From: Octopus sinensis
Lineage: Eukaryota
Length of the DNA: 64,000 nt
Reading direction: 5' to 3'
Assembly (NCBI RefSeq): GCF_006345805.1
Contig: NC_043007.1
Coordinates: 36,518,001-36,582,000 of the forward strand
Shown here piece by piece: positions 1 through 13,433 of this stretch. Within the stretch, counting starts at the first letter, position 1, and the number at the start of each line of letters is the position of its first letter. The position numbers were made by a program, and so were the translations under genes. Under the pieces are notes generated by a model. The model was given only the letters and a program-made list of their open reading frames with translations, ran no database searches and was not told the origin of the DNA.

Positions 1-277
1 CAGCGTCGCCTTACTGGTACTTGTGCCAGTGGCATGTGTAAAAACATTCGAGCGAGGTCATTGCCAGTACCACCTGACTGGCCCCCGTGCCGGTGGCACA
101 TAAAAGCACCCACTACACTCTCAGAGTGGTTGGCGTTAGGAAAAGCATCCAGCTGTAGAAACTCTGCCAGATCAAGATTGGAGCCTGGTGCAGCCATCTG
201 TTTCACCAGCCCTCAGTCAAATCGTCCAACCCATGCTAGCATGGAAAGCGGATGTTAAACGATGCTGATGATGATGA
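1..277 (+). mobile_element. RTE-tail short element, (TGA)n end
   Basis: GCACCCACTACACTCTCAGAGTGGTTGGCGTTAGG...GGATGTTAAACGATGCTGATGATG. Further copies at ~12775-12970(-), 15385-15510(-), 16496-16686(-), 36283-36520(-), 43470-43620(+), 43880-44195(+), 45345-45533(-), 53695-53978(+), 58375-58580(+), 61165-61325(-), 61960-62100(+). Confidence 0.85.
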
Positions 278-329
278 CAGCTGTGTCATAGAATCTATCC
301 TGGCTTATTAATGCAGCTATAACAAATGA

Positions 330-1110
330 GTTGACTTGAAAATACAGATGTGTCACAAGCAAACATTTTGGCTACAGATCTGTTATCATTATCTTGAATA
401 CTGGTGTCATATTTAACATAAATACTGATCAGTCATAGCACTCATCTTGAATACAAATCACATCATTTATCTGGAATACATCAACATCAAAGTATTTGTC
501 ATAAAAATACAGATGTCACAGCAAATATTTGGCTACAGATCTGTTGTGATCATTATATTGAATACAGAGGTCATATAAACAGGAGATACAAATATTACAG
601 GCACTTCCCCAAACACACACACTAACTAAACATAGACACATATAGGGGTATACGCATGTGCAAATGAAGACACATACAATAGAAATACAAAATACAAAAT
701 GGCTGACCGTTAGTAAGGAGAGACACACAAATAAGAAAGTAGAAAGCAAAGGACCACTGATGCGGTCACTGGAGTGTGATGAAAGAACTCTGGCCGAAAT
801 AAGATTAAGATTAATGTAAAAAATAAATAACGCTGAAGCAAAGTAACACCAAATATATAGTACGTGTGTTTTTATTGGTTAAACTGGCAAAATGACCATT
901 CCTAAATACAACAATAGAGGTCATAATACATAACCTAAATACAGATTGGTCATAGCAATCATCTTGAATATTAATCTATTTGTCATATCATTTATCTGGA
1001 ATACAGCAGCATTATGGCATTTGTCTTGAAAATACAAACGTGTCACAACAAATATTTTGGCTACAGATTTGTTGTGATCATTATCTTGAATACAGATCTT
1101 ATACAATTTA
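330..1110. repeat. Degenerate higher-order tandem repeat (~165-bp units built from ~25-30-bp TCTTGAATACA..GTCAT monomers), interrupted at ~580-900
   Basis: AAAATACAGATG(TG)TCAC..CAAA.ATTT(T)GGCTACAGAT.TGTT recurs at ~339, ~505 and ~1030. Confidence 0.7.
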
Positions 1111-1493
1111 ACAGATCAGTCATCGTTTTCAACTAGGGTACAATCTCATATTCTTTTATTCTTTTACTTGTTTCAGTCATTTGACTGCAACCGTTCTGGA
1201 GCACTGCTTTGAAGGGTTTTAGTGAAACAAATTGACTCTAGGACTTATTTTTGAAGCCTAGCACTTTTTCTATCAGTTTCATTTGCTGAACTGCTGAGTT
1301 ACAGGGACATGATTGGGAGACGAACACAAATAAACAGATACATACACGCGCACGAGCGACAGTCTTCTTTCAGTTTGCCTACCAAATCCACTCACAAGGC
1401 TTTGGTTGGCCTGAGATTATAGAAGACACTTGCCCAATGTGCCATGCAGTGGCACTGAACCCAGAAGCATGTGGTTGAGAAGCAAACTTCTTA

Positions 1494-3823
1494 CCTTCGT
1501 GTTGCAAGACAGTGTGTGGGAGAGAATCGTGATGTGGTAGGAGAGAAGTGTGTTCGCATGGATGATGGTTCACTTGCACTAAATGAGGATGCAAAGAGAG
1601 AGGTTTGGAGATGCCACTATGAAAGGTTGCTGAATAAAGAAAATGAATGGGATAAAGAGAGTCTGCTGAATGTCAACCCAACAGAGAGACCAGCCATCCG
1701 AGCTGAAAATTCTTTGGTAGTTAAAGCAATTAGAAGCATGAAGACAGGGAAAGCCCCAGGCCCATCAGGAATTACTGCAGAGATGCTCAAAATATCTGGC
1801 AGTGTCGGCTATAACCTAGTCACCCGTATAGTCAACCAGGTGATACATGAAGGAGTCATACCCAATGACTGGTGTAGCAGCATACTAGTCAACTGCTACA
1901 AAGGTAAAGGTGATGCCCTAGATACAAATAATTACAGAGGTATCAAGCTGTTGGATCAGGTAATGAAGGTTACGGAGAGGGTCATAGCCCAACTAATTAG
2001 AGAGAGAGTTAGTTTAGATGAGATGCAGTTTGGGTTCGTGCCAGGGAAAAGTACCACTGATGCTATATTCCTGGTAAGGCAGCTGCAGGAGAAATACCTA
2101 GCCAAAGATAAGCCCCTGTACCTGGCTTTCGTTGACATGGAGAAAGCCTTTGATAGGGTCCCCCGATCCCTTATCTGGTGGTCAATGAGGAAACTAGGGA
2201 TAGATGAATGGCTGGTGAGGGCTGTGCAAGCCATGTACAGAGATGCCGTAAGTAAGGTTAGGGTTGGCAACATGTACACAGAAGAATTCAAAGTAGAGGT
2301 TGGGGTCCACCAGGGTTCAGTACTCAGCCCCCTCCTATTTATCATAGCCCTCCAGGCAATTACGGAGGAATTCAAGACAGGTTGACCCTGGGAGCTCCTC
2401 GATGCTGACGACCTTGCTCTAATTGCTGAGTCACTATCAGAACTGGAGGAGAAGTTCCAGGTGTGGAAGGAGGGTTTAGAATCGAGGGGCCTTAGAGTCA
2501 ACCTAGCTAAAACCAAAGTACTAATAAGTAGGAAGGTAGACAATCCACAAATATCTTCAGGAAGATGGCCCTGCTCGATCTGTAGAAAAGGTGTAAGTAG
2601 AAACTCTATAAGATGTACCCAGTGTAAGCTATGGACACATAAGAGGTGCAGCAATGTCAAAGGTAGGCTAACTGGGAAGATAGTTTTTGTATGTGGCAGA
2701 TGCTTGGGAGCATTAACCTCCTAAAATCTGCAGAAAACAACTTCCGTCACTTTCCAGGGGGAAAAACTAGAAGTAGTTGATAGCTTCCGTTATCTAGGTG
2801 ACCAAGTCAGTAGTGGGGGTGGGTGCGCTGAAAGAATAAGAATAGCCTGGGCAAAGTTTAGGGAGCTCTTACCTCTGCTGGTGACTAAAGGCCTCTCACT
2901 CAGAGTAATAGGCAGACTGTATGATGCATGTGTACAAACAGCCATGCTACATGGCAGTGAAACATGGGCCGTGACTGCTGAGGACATGCGTAAGCTCGTG
3001 AGGAATGAAGCCAGTATGCTCCGATGGATGTGTAAAGTCAGTGTACATACTCAACAGAGCGTTAGTACCTTGAGAGAAATGTTGTACCTAAGAAGCATCA
3101 GTTGTGGTGTGCAAGAAAGACGATTGCGCTGGTATGGTCATGTGGCGAGAATGGATGAAGATAGGTGTGTGAGAAAGTGCCAATCCCTAGCAGTTGAGGG
3201 AACCCGTGGAAGAGGTAGACCCAGGAAAACCTGGGACGAGGTGGTGAAGCACGACCTTCAAACTTTAGGCCTCACTGAGGAAATGACCAGCGACCGAGAC
3301 CTTTGGAAATATGCTGTACGTGAAAAGACCAGGCAGGACAAGTGAGCCCAGCCCACTTATGCATGCCTTTCCTCCCTTGGACACAAAGACCTGTTGAGGC
3401 AAGCGAAGTCGATATAGAACCTCATCCGACGACAGGCACCCATGCCAACCCCCTTTGTTTGCGAAGACATGTTGGGGAAATCAAAATCGAATTGAACTAG
3501 CCAGGACCCCTGGACTGGTGGTACGTAAAAAGCACTATCCGACTCATGGCCGATGCCAGCGTTACCTCGACTGGCTTCCGTGCCGGTGGCACATAAAATG
3601 CACCAAACCGACCGTGGCCGTTGCCAGCCTCGCCTGGCACCTGTGCAGGTGGCACGTAAAAAGCACCCACTACACTCACGGAGTGGTTGGCGTTAGGAAG
3701 GGCATCCAGCTGTAGAAACATTACCAGATAAGACTGGAGCCTGGTGCAGCCTTCTGGCTTCCCAGATCCCCGGTCGAACCGTCCAACCCATGCTAGCATG
3801 GAGAACGGACGTTAAATGATGAT
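1494..3823 (+). mobile_element. RTE-clade LINE, 5'-truncated (RT, PHD-like insert, C-terminus, 3' UTR with (TGA)n tail)
   Basis: ORFs 1471-2385, 2461-2724 and 2881-3345 share one frame. Motifs: KAPGPSG, NYRGIKLL, QFGF, DMEKAFDRV, GVHQGSVLSPLLF, LDADDL (YADD mutated), HGSETW, RLRWYGHV, RGRGRPRKTW. Two in-frame stops and a 12-bp in-frame deletion relative to the 59328 copy. Confidence 0.95.
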
Positions 3824-3829
3824 AGGAGG

Positions 3830-3864
3830 ATTTAACATTTCGAGCAGAGCTCTTCATCAGAAAC
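3830..3864 (-). ncRNA. Minimal hammerhead motif (family H1)
   Basis: Minus strand GTTT-CTGATGA-A-GAGC-TCT-GCTC-GAAA-TG-TT|AAAT. The host element runs to ~3930. Confidence 0.65.
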
Positions 3865-3928
3865 ATAGAAAAAGGAAAGGTCTAAGGAAGGGAAGACGGA
3901 GAAAATTGCCAAAGACACACATGCAGTC

Positions 3929-3970
<42 letters not shown>

Positions 3971-4604
3971 ACATGATTACATGACCAACCAGACCATCAC
4001 ATGTTGTTACACATCGCTGGTCACAATGCGTTTCACATTGTTTTAGCCTTCGAATGACGCCACCCTGCTGGCTAAGCGAGCAAGCCAACAGAAGAAAGAG
4101 TGGGAGAAAGAGTGGTGAAAGAGTACAGCAGGGATCACCACACCCTGCCGGAGCCTCGTGGAGCTTTTAGGTGTTTTCGCTCAATAAACACACACAACGC
4201 CCGGTCTGGGAATCGAAACCGCGATCCTACGACCGCGAGTCCGCTGCCCTAACCACTGGGCCATTGCGCCTCCACATATATATATATATATAATATATAT
4301 AAAATGGACTCTCCCGTTGTTAGATGACGTATGAGGGTTTGACAATTTCATACTGAACAACCACACAGATGATTTGTTTATAGTGATCAAATGTTTGTGT
4401 AGACATAAGCTTACTCCCTCCATCAGATCAACATTACCTGTACAGGTGCAATTGGTGTCACATGTCAGATATCGAAATGATTGCAGAACAATGTGAAATG
4501 AAGTGCTTTGCTCAAGAACACATCATACCACTCAGTCTGGAACTCGAACCTACGATCTCATAATCGTGAGTGCAACACCTAAACCACTATGTCATGCGCT
4601 TTCA

Positions 4605-4664
<60 letters not shown>

Positions 4665-5305
4665 CTCTTATTATAAAAGGCAGATTTTATCTGCCTCCCT
4701 TTGTCAGTTATAGAAATCTACAAAATGCTTTTCTTAGTCTGGTTTACAGCAAACGCAAACGCACACACACAGTGTGCAACGAATAAAGTGAAACTAGATG
4801 TAATATTTGTTTCTGTCTATCACACTGATAGATACATGAGTAAAATGTATGGCAAGCTAACAGATAAGAGTGAGTGAAAATGTTCTTGGAAGAGAGTAAA
4901 TAGCGACAGAGTGATTTGAGGAAGACTAAACTGAAAGTATGAAACAGTGTTTATGTATAAACAGACGACACTTATATAAACCCTTTCGTTACCAAACCGC
5001 CCGAATTTACCTATTCATATTTAAATGAGAATATCAGAGTAAATCTCTTTAGTACATTCGTGAAAACACGTATTATACTTCGTAAACACTTCAAATACAG
5101 TTTTGTACAAAAATCGAAGTGTAATTTTAATTCCGTGAATTATGGGAGATTTTTTTCCGAAATTTGTTCCTATTGTGTTTTCAAAATTTGTAATTCTGAC
5201 AAAAAATGGATACGAATTTCATTATATCAAGCAGCGAGTCAGAATTCGAAGGATTTTCTACTGAAGACCTTCATAAATCTAACTCTATGACTGAAAAAAA
5301 AAGCA

Positions 5306-5701
5306 TCTTTATATAAGAGTGAAGTTGTGTGTCTGTCTCCTACGATTTAGATTCGTAACTACTCCCACATTTTGCGGTGCAGTTTAACCAAAAGCGGGTA
5401 TCTTATAGTCGTGATTCATATCGAGCCCTTCTGGGTATTAGCGCGCGTCTACGATGAGTCTACGATTTTAAAAAAATTTACCATCATATTTTTCCATTTT
5501 AATGCATTTTTTTCGCTTTTATATAAGGGAAGTAACTGTTTAAAAATATCTACGATGTGTCAACGATTTTAAAAAAAAATTTACCTTAATTTTTTTTCAA
5601 TTTTTAATGCATTTTTTTGCTATTTTTGGGCTATAACTCTCTAAAAATGCTTATATAGTTATTTCCCTTACAACCCGAGCAACGCCGGGCGATACTGCTA
5701 G
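5306..5701 (+). mobile_element. Non-autonomous Helitron
   Basis: A|TC 5' end, 3' hairpin CCCG-AGCAACGC-CGGG, then CTAG|T. Another Helitron-like 5' end (A|TCTCTTATTATAAAAGGCAG) at 4664. Confidence 0.8.
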
Positions 5702-5926
5702 TATATATATATATATATATAAAGTTTTAGAGACAGAACCACGACCCAACCACTCAATAAAATGTTAAATCTGAAATCTTATACTAAGTATATCTATTCT
5801 GAATCCCATATTTACCGTTTATATTCCCAATTAATAATAATAATAATAATATATTGACCGCATGTGTACCGTTGGCGATTTTTTTTTTCCTCCGCCTCTC
5901 CTTCTTTGGATCTTTCCTTTTCCTAT

Positions 5927-5961
5927 GTTTCTGATGAAGAGTTCCGCTCGAAATGTTAAAC
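5927..5961 (+). ncRNA. Minimal hammerhead motif (family H1) in a Penelope-like LTR fragment (~5855-6055)
   Basis: GTTT-CTGATGA-A-GAG-TTCCG-CTC-GAAA-TG-TT|AAAC. Confidence 0.65.
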
Positions 5962-6135
5962 TCTCCTTCTTTCCTGAGCGTCCAATAATACTATACTTGT
6001 TCCACGTCCTTGCGTTGTTGTGTTTTCTCTTTGTATTTTCATGTTTGGATTAACTATATATATATATATATATATATACAGGAATATGTACTTACATAAG
6101 GCCAACGAGGGTACGGACGCCACTATATATATTAT

Positions 6136-6532
6136 TATATGTAGAAAAATACAAACTGGGACAAGAACGTAAAACATTTAGAAGACGATACAAAAAACAT
6201 GGACGGGACATTCGAAGCCTTCAATCTTCAGTCAAGAACTGGATCATCCTAGCAATTTCGGCTGATTAATCTTGAGATCGCTCCGATCCAGCCAGCTCCA
6301 AGTCCCTGTTTTGTATACATTCAATCCTTCTTCCAAGAAATCTAATGCTCGTAGATTAGTTTTTCCTTGGGGCTGGCCAGATCGGAGCGATCTCAAGATT
6401 AATCAGCCGAAATTACTAGGATGATCCGGTTCTTGACTGAAGATTGAAGGCTTCGAATGTCCCGTCCGTGTTTTTTGTATCGTCTTCTAAATGTTTTACG
6501 TTCTTGTCCCAGTTTGTATTTTTCTACATATA
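6136..6532. repeat. Inverted duplication of a dispersed repeat (~166-bp arms, 65-bp spacer)
   Basis: 6136-6301 is the reverse complement of 6367-6532. An uninverted family member lies at ~42190-42500. Confidence 0.85.
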
Positions 6533-6584
<52 letters not shown>

Positions 6585-7059
6585 GATGCAAGAATTGATA
6601 TTATGAAGAGCATTAGGATTTTGCCCAACACTATTACCACCATTACTGCCACAACCATTATGATGCCAATGACCACCACCACAAAAAGTATGAAAACAGC
6701 CACAAACCAAGGATAGAATATTCCAAACACATCAAGCGAATAATATAACAAAAACTCCAAGAAAACAACAACAATAGTGATGGTGGTGGTGGTAGTGGTG
6801 GTAGCAGAGGAGGTAGTGCTAGATGTAGTGTGGATGATGATGATGATGATGTTAAGTATGATAAAACGATGTGCCATGATGGTGATGATGATGACAATAT
6901 TGATGTTAACAATCAGATAATCAGGATAATGATGTAATAACAATAATGATGAAATTGATAATAATGATTTAATTCTAAATAATATTGTAATTATTATGAT
7001 TATGGCTATCATCATTATTATTATTATATTATTATTATTATTATTATATTATTATTATT

Positions 7060-7470
7060 ATTGCTGTTGTTTGTGTTGTTAACAGTATGTCAATGCTGAT
7101 GCAAGCAAACCTATAATCAAAATATTCCAGCCATAACCATTTCATACTTCCTCAAACATAATGTATCATAGAACACATTAAACAATGTATCCTTCAGTTT
7201 TTTAAGATGACAAGGTGTGATTTAAGCGGGACTTGGCTGCTATTTCTAGCAGCTGAAGTAACTGTGCAGCAGTTCAGTTGTAGGCTGTTTAGCTCCAGAT
7301 CAACCCTGATTAGGTGGACCTATGAGTACAGCCATTCCAAACGTGACCATCAAGACGTTTTTTTTACAGACATTGTATACCTTGGACATTATCTGATACA
7401 TCTTTTCTCCTTTACTTATTAAGATCACAGGGTACAATTTGAGAGCGATTTGGCTGTTATTTCTAGTAAC
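7060..7470 (-). mobile_element. Two adjacent copies of dispersed repeat family E ((ACA)n-tailed)
   Basis: Shared GGCTGCTATTTCTAGCA motif. Related pieces at ~26560-26625, 38820-39030 and 47090-47150. Confidence 0.6.
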
Positions 7471-7489
7471 ACCACAACTGCATAAGGAG

Positions 7490-7583
7490 TAGTAGTAGTG
7501 GTGGTGGTGGTGGTGGTGGTGTTTGTAGTGACAGTGATGGTAGCAGCAATAGTGGTAGTGGTGGTGCCAGTGGTAGTAGTAGC

Positions 7584-7630
<47 letters not shown>

Positions 7631-7706
7631 CAGCAGCAGTAGTGGTGCTGGTGCCGGTGGTAGTAGTAGTAGTAGTAGCAGTAGCAGCAGCAGTGGTGGT
7701 GGTGCC

Positions 7707-7737
<31 letters not shown>

Positions 7738-7754
7738 GCAGTAGTAGTAGTAGT

Positions 7755-7804
<50 letters not shown>

Positions 7805-7851
7805 CAACAGCAGTGGTGGTGGTGCCGGTGGTAATAGTAGTGGTGGTAGTG

Positions 7852-7884
<33 letters not shown>

Positions 7885-7890
7885 ACTGTT
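7490..7890. repeat. Compound (GTA/GCA/GTG)n microsatellite with higher-order GTGCCGGTG units
   Basis: GTGGTGCCGGTGGTAGTAG punctuation recurs 4-5 times. Confidence 0.85.
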
Positions 7891-8224
7891 CTTCTTCTTG
7901 CCATTGTTATTGTATAATCTAATGTCGGCTCAAACAGAGCGGAGCCGATCAACAATCGCAACAGGAACACGGTTAACAGGAAAAGCCAAGGCCGTAACAA
8001 CAAAAGCAGCAGCAGCAGCAACAGTTCAAAGTAGCAACAACAACAACACAACAACAACAAAAGCTACCACAACATCATCATCAACAACAACAACAACAAC
8101 AAACATCATTTCAATTCCAGCAGGATAAATAAAGCAACTAAAACTATATAATAATGAGAAATCTTTAAGGAAATTGCTAATAGTACTGTTTGATTCATAT
8201 CTGTGAGCATAAGGGTGTCTTAAT

Positions 8225-8260
<36 letters not shown>

Positions 8261-8310
8261 GGGAGAGTGTAATTATGTGGGAGTATGTGTGTGTGTGTGT
8301 GTTTAGTGAG

Positions 8311-8363
<53 letters not shown>

Positions 8364-9004
8364 ATGCCCTGGTTGTATTACATCTAATTGAGCAGCTCTT
8401 GACTTTTTAACCTCTTCTACAGCCTCCACTGCTTCTGCGGTACCCACCTTGCTTCTTGACAGTGTGTGTGTGTGTGTGCGTGTGTGTGTGTGTGTGTGCA
8501 CTTGCATCTCTCTCTCTCTCTCTAAATGGACACATATACATATATACAAGTAGGTTTGTACGCACTCACAAACACTGAAGCCGGCCACAACAACAACAAC
8601 AACAACAGTGGAGGTGCAATGGCCCAGTGGTTAGGGCAGCGGACCTGCAGTCGTAAGAACGTGATTTCGATTCCCAGACCGGGCATTGTGAGTGTTTATT
8701 GAGCAAAAAAACAATCTCCATGAGGCTCCAACGGAGGTGAACCCTGCTGTACTCTTTCACCATAACTTTCTCTCATTCTGTCTTCCTACTGCCGCAAAGC
8801 AGAGGAACCATGGTGTAACTCACTTTGGAGTGTGGCCATGCTGGGGCATCATCTTGAAGGGTTTTAGTTGAACAGATTGATCCCCAGTACTTAATTTTTT
8901 AATGCTTGCTACTTATTCTATCAGTCTTTTTTGCCAAACTGCTCAGTCACAGATACGTAAACAAACCGACTCCATTGTCAAGAAGAGGATGGGATGGGGA
9001 CAAA

Positions 9005-9037
<33 letters not shown>

Positions 9038-9943
9038 GATGGGCTTTTTTCAGTTTCCATCAACGAAATCCAAAACCAAGACCGAATCTATAGTAGAAGA
9101 CACTTGCTCAAGGTGCTACAGAATAGAAATGAAACCAAAACCATATGGATGGGAAGCAAACTCCTTACCACACGGCCACATGTTTTTTTTTTTTTTCTTT
9201 AGTTAAGTGTGGTGGAAGGAACAACGCCGATGACCTGTATAAACCCTTCAAGATTAGTGAGTCTGATGACATTATTTTACTGTTTAAACTAATACAGGTC
9301 AATGCTGCCAGAAAAGAGGGCCAATTCTTTAAAGAGAGAGGATTGAGTACAGTGGTTAATGCAGGGCCAGAGGAGATGGATGTAACAAGAGGTACATGGG
9401 GAGGAGAGACAAATTGATCAGAGAGGCCACTATGGTAGTGATAGAGTGACAGAAAAACAACAGACATGTTTCAGTCTTGTTAGATCACATCAGTGAAAAC
9501 TAATCAGCTCAATGGGGAAAAATTTGGATGTGTCAGTATATACAGAGATCTACAACAGTAGCTGTTGGTGTACAGTATCTTTTATCTGTTACTTGTTTCA
9601 TTCATTGGACCATGGCCACACTGGAGCACCACCTGGAAGAGTTTAGTAGAAAGAAATCAATCCTAGTACTTAAACTGAGTCTGCAACATGTGGAACTGTT
9701 AATACCAACATGTTTTGTTCTTCTCACACTCACCATCTTTTCTTTCTTTCTTTTCTTTACTTGTTTCAGTAATTTGACTGTGGCCATGGTGGAGCACCAC
9801 CTTTAGTCGAACAAATCGATCCTAGGATTTATTCTTTGTAAGCCTAGTACTCATTCTATTGCTGAACTTCTAAGTTATGGGGACATAAACACATCAGTAT
9901 CGGTTGTCAAGCGATGGTGGGGGGACAAACACAGACACAAAGA

Positions 9944-9990
<47 letters not shown>

Positions 9991-10759
9991 ACGACAGGCT
10001 TCTTTCAGTTTCCGTCTACCAAATCTACTCACAAGGCTTTGGTCGGCCCCAGGCTATTGTAGAAGACACTTGCCCAAGGTGCCAAGCAGTCGGACTGAAC
10101 CCGGAACCATGTGGTTCGTAAGCAAGCTACTTACCACACAACCACTCCTGCGCCTTTATTATTTATTTTTTTTTTTTTTGTCTCTTTCCATTTTATCCCT
10201 CATTCCTTTCTGTTAAAAAAAACATAGGTTTGAAACATCAAAGACTTTTCCATTGTTCCCAAGTGTCAAACTAATACACTTTGTCTTTTGCTTTTTGTAC
10301 ATTTGAACCATACTTGTTTATTCTATTGGTCTCTTTTGTCAAAGAATGAATAGATATATTATTGTTTGGATTCTTGCTGTTCTGCAGACAACCCAAGAAT
10401 TATCATTTGGTTGGCAGGCATTAGCATGCATCAGTAAATAATTTGTTAGTTGATTCCTGTAAGCAAGAGCTTGTGCTCTTGTCAGATTCATCAATATAAC
10501 CATAAGGGTAGCTTTGACCAAGGAGAAACACAACAAGGTCAAAACAGTGCAGTGTCTCAAAGTCTCCTTACACTGGTGAACCAGTGAATGTGTGCTATGA
10601 ACACACATCATTTAAAAAAGAGAGGAAGCATCCTCTGATGATGGAAAACAATTGTGATCAGATGTTTATCGCTGAAATTGTCACAATGTATTAAGACTGA
10701 ATAAATATGTCATTCCTAAATAAATATTTATTCCATTTATAAATTTTTTATACATACAA

Positions 10760-11478
10760 CTACTACTACTACTACTACTACAATCAACACTATTCTCATA
10801 ATCACAGCAATTAACTTTTGTACCAGTACCACCACCACAGCTACTATCAGCACCTATTCAACCACCACCACCACCACCACCACCTCTGTCATGACCACTG
10901 CCACCATCACTACAACCACCCCTACAACGACAACAACCACCAACATCACAACCACAATAATCACTCCATTCAACTACTACCTCCACTATCATCATCTCTT
11001 TGACAATTACCATCGCTATACACCCACACCACCACAACAACCACCACCACTACCACCACCACACTCATTCCTATCCCAGCTACTTTTAAAGCAACCACTA
11101 GCATCACAAACACAGCAATTACCACCACCGCCACCACCACCACAACCACCACTACTGCCATTACTATTACAACTACATTCATAACACCACTTCAGCAACA
11201 TCTGCCACTACCACTACTACCACTACTATCATAGCTATATCTGCAAATCAGAGGAACCAGCACCCTCTGCACAATAACATCAACAGCAATAACAACCACC
11301 ACCACCACCAATGACACTACTACTGCTACTACTATTACCACCACCACTACTACTACTACCACCACCACCACCACCACCAATGACACTACTACTGCTACTA
11401 CTATTACCACCACCACTACTACTACTACCACCACCAGTACTGCCACTACTACTACTACCATGACCACCACCGCCACTT

Positions 11479-11518
<40 letters not shown>

Positions 11519-11568
11519 CATGACCACCACCGCCACTTCTACTACTACTACCCACCACCAGTACTGCC

Positions 11569-11602
<34 letters not shown>

Positions 11603-11990
11603 TTATTACTACCACCACCACCACCACTACTTTTAATACTACTACCACCATCACTACTACTACTACTACTACTACCACCATTACTATTACTACTACAGTC
11701 ACAACTATTTTCACAAAGGGAGCAAGTGTCATCTCTGCATCCACCAGCATCAAACCATCACTACTATAATCCTCACCCCCACCACCACCAACAACAACAA
11801 CAACGACAATGACAACCCTCTCTCCAACCACCACCAAAATAACAGCAGCCTCTGCAGCAGCAAATTCAGCTCCATCCAATCCCTCCCCTCTCTCTCCCAT
11901 CAGATCCCCCCATTCCAACGCTGCAATCTTCACCACCACCATGACCATTGCAGTCACCATCTCCTCCATCCGCCAACATGGTAATACAGA
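10760..11990. repeat. Long decayed (ACC/ACT/ACA)n trinucleotide field
   Basis: Low-complexity sequence giving poly-T/V/L/G ORFs in all frames, with internal 60-bp duplications at 11300-11560. Confidence 0.85.
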
Positions 11991-13433
11991 ACTTGATACT
12001 GGTAGTAATCATGTTCTCGCCCTATCAATTGACTTGTCACTTAAACACTTGACCTTAGCCAAATGGACAAGTCAAGTACTTCAAGTCTATGGTTGGATAG
12101 AATATAATATAATATATTTATTTATTCATTTATTTATTTATTTATTTCATGCAGTTAATTTGCAAATAATAGCCCCATTGGTTACATATGTCACTAACTG
12201 TCCAGTTGTTAATTCACTGTATTGCTAATGGTCAAAGTAAAATGGGAGTGTCTACAACTCAATGGTAAACAATTATCTCAAGAGATTTTGTTTGAAAGTG
12301 TACTGCTTTGTATTTTTCTCTTCCTTTTTTTTAAAGTTTTTTTCCTGGTGTTTATATCCTTTACTGATATATATGTCAGTGAAAGCTAGAGGCATACAAA
12401 CATGCATACATACATACATACACACATACATACAAATAAATAAATACATATATACATATGCACAATTAAGTACATACATACACACATATACATACAATGA
12501 ATATTTAGGGATAAATTATAAGTCTCAGGTATATTCCAGGTTCTGGCTAGCTGCATCAAGTAGTAAGAACCATCAAGGATCGCTTAGGGAGAGTAATCCT
12601 ACTGCAATTCTTCTGATGGATAAACCCAGGTCTACTTTGCTGGATTATGAATATTTTTATGACGCCGACCATTCCGAGAGTGTAATAAGTGCTTTTTGTG
12701 CGCCACTGACACAGGTCAACAATGCACAAAATATTTTAATAATTTAATTATGCAATTCTTAATAATATTTAACCATCATCATTATCATTTAACATCCACT
12801 TTCCATGTTGGCATGGGTTAGACAGTTTGACTGAAAACAGGTAAGTCGGAAAGCTGCACCAGGCTCCAGTCTGATTTGGTATGGTTTCTACAGCTGGATG
12901 CCCTTCCTAACGCCAACCACTCCAAGAGTGTATTGAGTGCTTTTTGTGTGCCACTGACATAGGTGCCATTTACATAACATCAGCGACATCCATGCCTACA
13001 ACTTCATGAATACCATTTACATGACACCGGCAAGAATTTTGTTTCCCACCCATATGGTTCCAGATTCAGTTCTACTGTGTAGCACTTTGGGCAAGTGTCT
13101 TAACCTATAGCCTTGGGCCAACCAAAGCCTTCTAAGTGGATTTGGGAGACAGAAACTGAAAGAGGCCCATCGTGTGTGCGTGCGTATGTGTATGTAGATA
13201 TCTATATATGAGTGTGTGTCATTACACTTGCAACTGTCCCCCACCACCACTTTATGTCCCTATAACTTAGAAATTCAGCAAAAGAGAACTATACAATAAG
13301 TACCATTACAAAAAAAAAAATTAAGGACTGCGGTGTTGGCTTGTTCAACAAAACCATTCAATGTGGTGCCACAGCATCATTGCTGTCTAATGAGTGAAAC
13401 AAATAAAAGATAAAAAATACATATATATGTATG

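Noticed and set aside
6400-6460. CGAAA...CTGAAGA...TTCGAATGTC as a hammerhead (also at 6200-6270 and 42290-42360)
   Set aside because: All three copies have GAAT rather than GAAA, and no consistent three-stem fold.
7425-8060. 211-aa poly-Thr mucin-like ORF and overlapping poly-Val/Leu ORFs
   Set aside because: Open in most frames because of trinucleotide repeats; ends run into a dispersed repeat; no splice support.
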